A stretch of 64,000 nt of DNA from Nematocida ausubeli (lineage: Eukaryota). Location of the stretch: the NCBI RefSeq assembly GCF_000738915.1, contig NW_026515634.1, positions 661,156-725,155 on the forward strand, given 5' to 3'. The position numbers were made by a program, and so were the translations under genes. Shown one piece after another: positions 61,080 to 64,000 of the stretch; the stretch's first letter is position 1; every line of letters begins with the position of its first letter. Under the pieces are notes generated by a model, which was given only the letters and a program-made list of their open reading frames with translations, was not told the DNA's origin and did no database searches.

Positions 61080-64000
61080 TTATGGTAGAAGGGGTGGTTC
61101 TGTTGTAGATTGTCTTATAACCAGTGTGATCCACCTTAAGAAATGACTATTGTGATTTTTGTGAGTATGGTTTGGGTGGTCTTTTTTTTCATTTATGACT
61201 TTAATGATTCTAGTCATATAGTACTGTGTAGACCCATTTAATGTTAAAATCTTAATAAGAATGGGTATATTAATAGTACTTAGCTGGTTATTGAATAATT
61301 CTAGGTCAAAATAATCGTTATTATTTAGTAAATTCTCTTGAAAATTAATTATTAACTTGATTATTATATCTGCATGTGTTTTATACGATGGTAGTACTGT
61401 GGTATTTGCTAGTTCTATTACTTTCCCTAGTGTATTTATAAAGTATAATGGTTCTTGGTATGCATTTTTATCTATAGTTATATTTGGGTGGTAATTTTCT
61501 GTTGAATTAAGACTATGTACCATGAATATAGCATCTTTATCATTGATTAAATGCATATTCTTCACAATATTATCAGCCAGATAGACAAGAGGGTGCGTAT
61601 TTCTGATATTTTTATCCGTTACATACAGAAATATTTCCCATAGAATTTCTATTTTATGCTTTGGAGTGCAAATTAAAGGACTAAGCAAGAGAGTATGAAT
61701 ATTCTTACAGCATTTAGTGTAGTCAAATATGAATTCTCGGGTTATATTTGGGTTAGAAATCTCATTATTTCTTTCTCTTGGTCTAATTATTTCTATTTTT
61801 TCATTTAGACATAAATTAAATTCATTTATAATAGAAGTATTTTCTTCCTCTGAAGGAAATTCTTTTCTAAAAATTCTAAAACTAGGTGTCCATTTTAATT
61901 CTTTTTTATCACAAGAATTCAATGGGAACAGATTAAATTCATAGAAATAAGGATGGATTAAATTCTTATCTTTTTCCGTTAGATTATTCCTGTCATAATC
62001 TATTTTTAGTCTTTCAAATATATCACAGAATCCTTTTTTTTGTGTTTTTACTTCACAGAACTCTATATTAATACTATTATATAGTGCAATATTCTTAATT
62101 ACCTTAGTTAGGTAGTTTCTTATGTCATTTCCTAGTATTATTTTAAGTGTTTTTCCTTGGACAAAATAACTTTTTATATACGCCTGTGTACTTTTCTTAT
62201 TGTTTTCTTTCATTATATTCTCTAATGTTTGTATTTCTAGCTTTATTATGGCTGCCTCTACATTTTCTGCATTTTTCAGTCTATTCTCAAGGAGTATTTT
62301 TTTCTTCATTTCTATACTTTTAATTATATTTATGATATTTTTCTCAATGAAGACCTTTTCTTTTTTGGAGATTTCTGGACTGGCTGAAATTTCTTTGTAA
62401 AGAGTGATTTCTTCTGTCATATCATAATTATTTATCTGATTGATTCTTTCTTTAATCTTATCTATTTCTTTTTTTTTACCTATTCCTGTTATTTCTTTGA
62501 TAACGTACAGTATATTTACTAGGCCTGGCATAAGTTGGGTTTTATTCTGCTGGGTATAGCGTATATTTGGGTTATCTAAGTTGCAGAGTACCTTTTTCCA
62601 GTCATTTAGTACTCCCTGGGTGACTGCTCCGTACATATTTTTGTGTTTCTTGAAAAAGTTCTTTAGTTCTTCTGAGGGTGTCTTTATGTGGTCTATTGTG
62701 TATATATTCTTCTCTTTGTTATATACAGCCCAGCAGAACATCCCTAGTAGTGCTATTTCCGTGTAGTCAGTGAATTTCACTTGATTTTTCAGATTTTCTT
62801 CAGAAATAACTGCTTTTTCAGTTGGTTCAAAATACAGAAGATTTTCCTGGTGCTTTATAAAGTCATTGTAAAGCATTCTTGCTGGGTATATTATGTCTTT
62901 GCCCTGGGAATCTGTAGATTCCTTCTTGATATTTACAAAACAACTGTTGAAAATGGCTAATTTTTCCATGTACATGAGATCTTCTAGATTAGCATCTTCC
63001 TGCTCCATGCAGCCACCCTTCAGATTACGCCATAACTGCTTGGTTTTGCTGCCTTCAATAATTTCCTCTTCATAACCTATATATTCACTCAGGAGACTGT
63101 AGACTTTTTTCTCAAATAAAACCATTTCTTCTGTGCTTTCTATAGAGTGGCATATATACGTCTGTATGAGGAATCCTGGCCCATCAACAAATCTTCTCTT
63201 TTCAAGCAGATTATCACACGCAGCCATCCCTAAAGTACGCTTTCTTTCTTTAATAATCCGTTTTTTTCTGTTTTTTATAAAGAAATTTACTACACTAACT
63301 GCATTTCTTTCGTACATGATTTTTTGCATATTTGGGAACCATGTGCCTTCTTTATTCGCTTTATCAAATGTATTTATGCTTACCCTGAAGTAATCTTCCT
63401 TATTATCTGCCTTTTTCAGCACCAGACTAACTCTATTCCTGGTTTTCTTGAATTTCAGTGGCACATTTACGCCATTTGCAAGCAGAAATAGACAACCAAG
63501 TATATCATACTTGTGCTCTTTCACGTCCTCTTTATTAATGAATGCGTAGAAAGAGTCATTTCTATCTGTCCATATAGAAGCATATCCATCAAGTGAAGGA
63601 AACATCTCAAGAAGCGTGGTAAAATAGTCTTGCTTGTAATTGAGCAAGCCATCTTCATATGGCAATTTATCACGCACTTTGTCCTTTGTGAAGTCTCGTG
63701 CGTGCATATATATGGGACTCTTTGAAGTAAATTTCGAATTATTTTTCAAAGTTTCTGCTTCTTTAGAAATATCCTTGAGAACGGCTATAGAGTGGGATAA
63801 CTGGATTTCTGGTGAGAGAAATCTTTTCCTATGAATAATTCCAATATTCCAGGCTTCTTCCCTTAGTATCAAGTGTATACGCCTTTCTGAACTGTCTTTT
63901 TTCTTTCTTCCATCACTTGGAGCTGCAACTATCTGGATACTTCTTAGTCTGTCTTCTACTAGAATTTTTTCCCATATTTTGCACAGTGAAAGTAGCCAAA
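61080..64000 (-). CDS. NemLGF1-like protein, divergent member (5'-partial)
   Basis: KRFLSPEI, MFPSLDG..SI, L.LLANG..VP, GFLIQTYI and DYTEIALLGMFC motifs. The frame stays open to the window end (WLLSLCKIWEK...). Confidence 0.8.
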   Translation of the reverse strand, partial: WLLSLCKIWEKILVEDRLRSIQIVAAPSDGRKKKDSSERRIHLILREEAWNIGIIHRKRFLSPEIQLSHSIAVLKDISKEAETLKNNSKFTSKSPIYMHARDFTKDKVRDKLPYEDGLLNYKQDYFTTLLEMFPSLDGYASIWTDRNDSFYAFINKEDVKEHKYDILGCLFLLANGVNVPLKFKKTRNRVSLVLKKADNKEDYFRVSINTFDKANKEGTWFPNMQKIMYERNAVSVVNFFIKNRKKRIIKERKRTLGMAACDNLLEKRRFVDGPGFLIQTYICHSIESTEEMVLFEKKVYSLLSEYIGYEEEIIEGSKTKQLWRNLKGGCMEQEDANLEDLMYMEKLAIFNSCFVNIKKESTDSQGKDIIYPARMLYNDFIKHQENLLYFEPTEKAVISEENLKNQVKFTDYTEIALLGMFCWAVYNKEKNIYTIDHIKTPSEELKNFFKKHKNMYGAVTQGVLNDWKKVLCNLDNPNIRYTQQNKTQLMPGLVNILYVIKEITGIGKKKEIDKIKERINQINNYDMTEEITLYKEISASPEISKKEKVFIEKNIINIIKSIEMKKKILLENRLKNAENVEAAIIKLEIQTLENIMKENNKKSTQAYIKSYFVQGKTLKIILGNDIRNYLTKVIKNIALYNSINIEFCEVKTQKKGFCDIFERLKIDYDRNNLTEKDKNLIHPYFYEFNLFPLNSCDKKELKWTPSFRIFRKEFPSEEENTSIINEFNLCLNEKIEIIRPRERNNEISNPNITREFIFDYTKCCKNIHTLLLSPLICTPKHKIEILWEIFLYVTDKNIRNTHPLVYLADNIVKNMHLINDKDAIFMVHSLNSTENYHPNITIDKNAYQEPLYFINTLGKVIELANTTVLPSYKTHADIIIKLIINFQENLLNNNDYFDLELFNNQLSTINIPILIKILTLNGSTQYYMTRIIKVINEKKDHPNHTHKNHNSHFLRWITLVIRQSTTEPPLLP

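Noticed and set aside
1..64000. tRNA, rRNA and spliceosomal introns
   Set aside because: No T-loop/D-loop cloverleaf, rRNA signature or interrupted ORF recognised by eye. Very short introns or RNAs could have been missed.

Overview
AT-rich, gene-dense, apparently intron-less eukaryotic DNA from a microsporidian, very probably Nematocida. The main clue is four dispersed members of a large secreted gene family (motifs NPxGPL, KRF.SP, MFPS.DG, LLLSEG, LIQ.YI) that matches NemLGF1. About 39 protein-coding genes are supported. Most are divergent housekeeping genes: Ase1, a TAF3/8-like histone fold, Brf1, eS1, PMM, Dph1, Nte1, Ypi1, Pth2, Alg7, Sar1, Mpv17, Nup2/50, a septin, SNAREs, a NupG-like MFS transporter, an SR-like RRM protein, Phs1, symplekin, an SMP protein, Dbf4 and proteasome alpha3. 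The most interesting observations are: (1) a ~430-nt multi-hairpin, G-U-supported structured RNA candidate at 43.65-44.07 kb; (2) a 96-aa securin-like protein; (3) a Mutator-derived gene with a degenerate catalytic core; (4) a possible Cys-His catalytic site in the LGF family, intact in one copy and lost in the others; (5) a Sho1-like 4TM-SH3 protein; (6) a recurring intergenic 12-mer, TTCGGGTTATAT; (7) a dispersed ~250-bp non-coding repeat. All calls come from motif recognition by eye; no searches were run. I saw no tRNA, rRNA or CRISPR.
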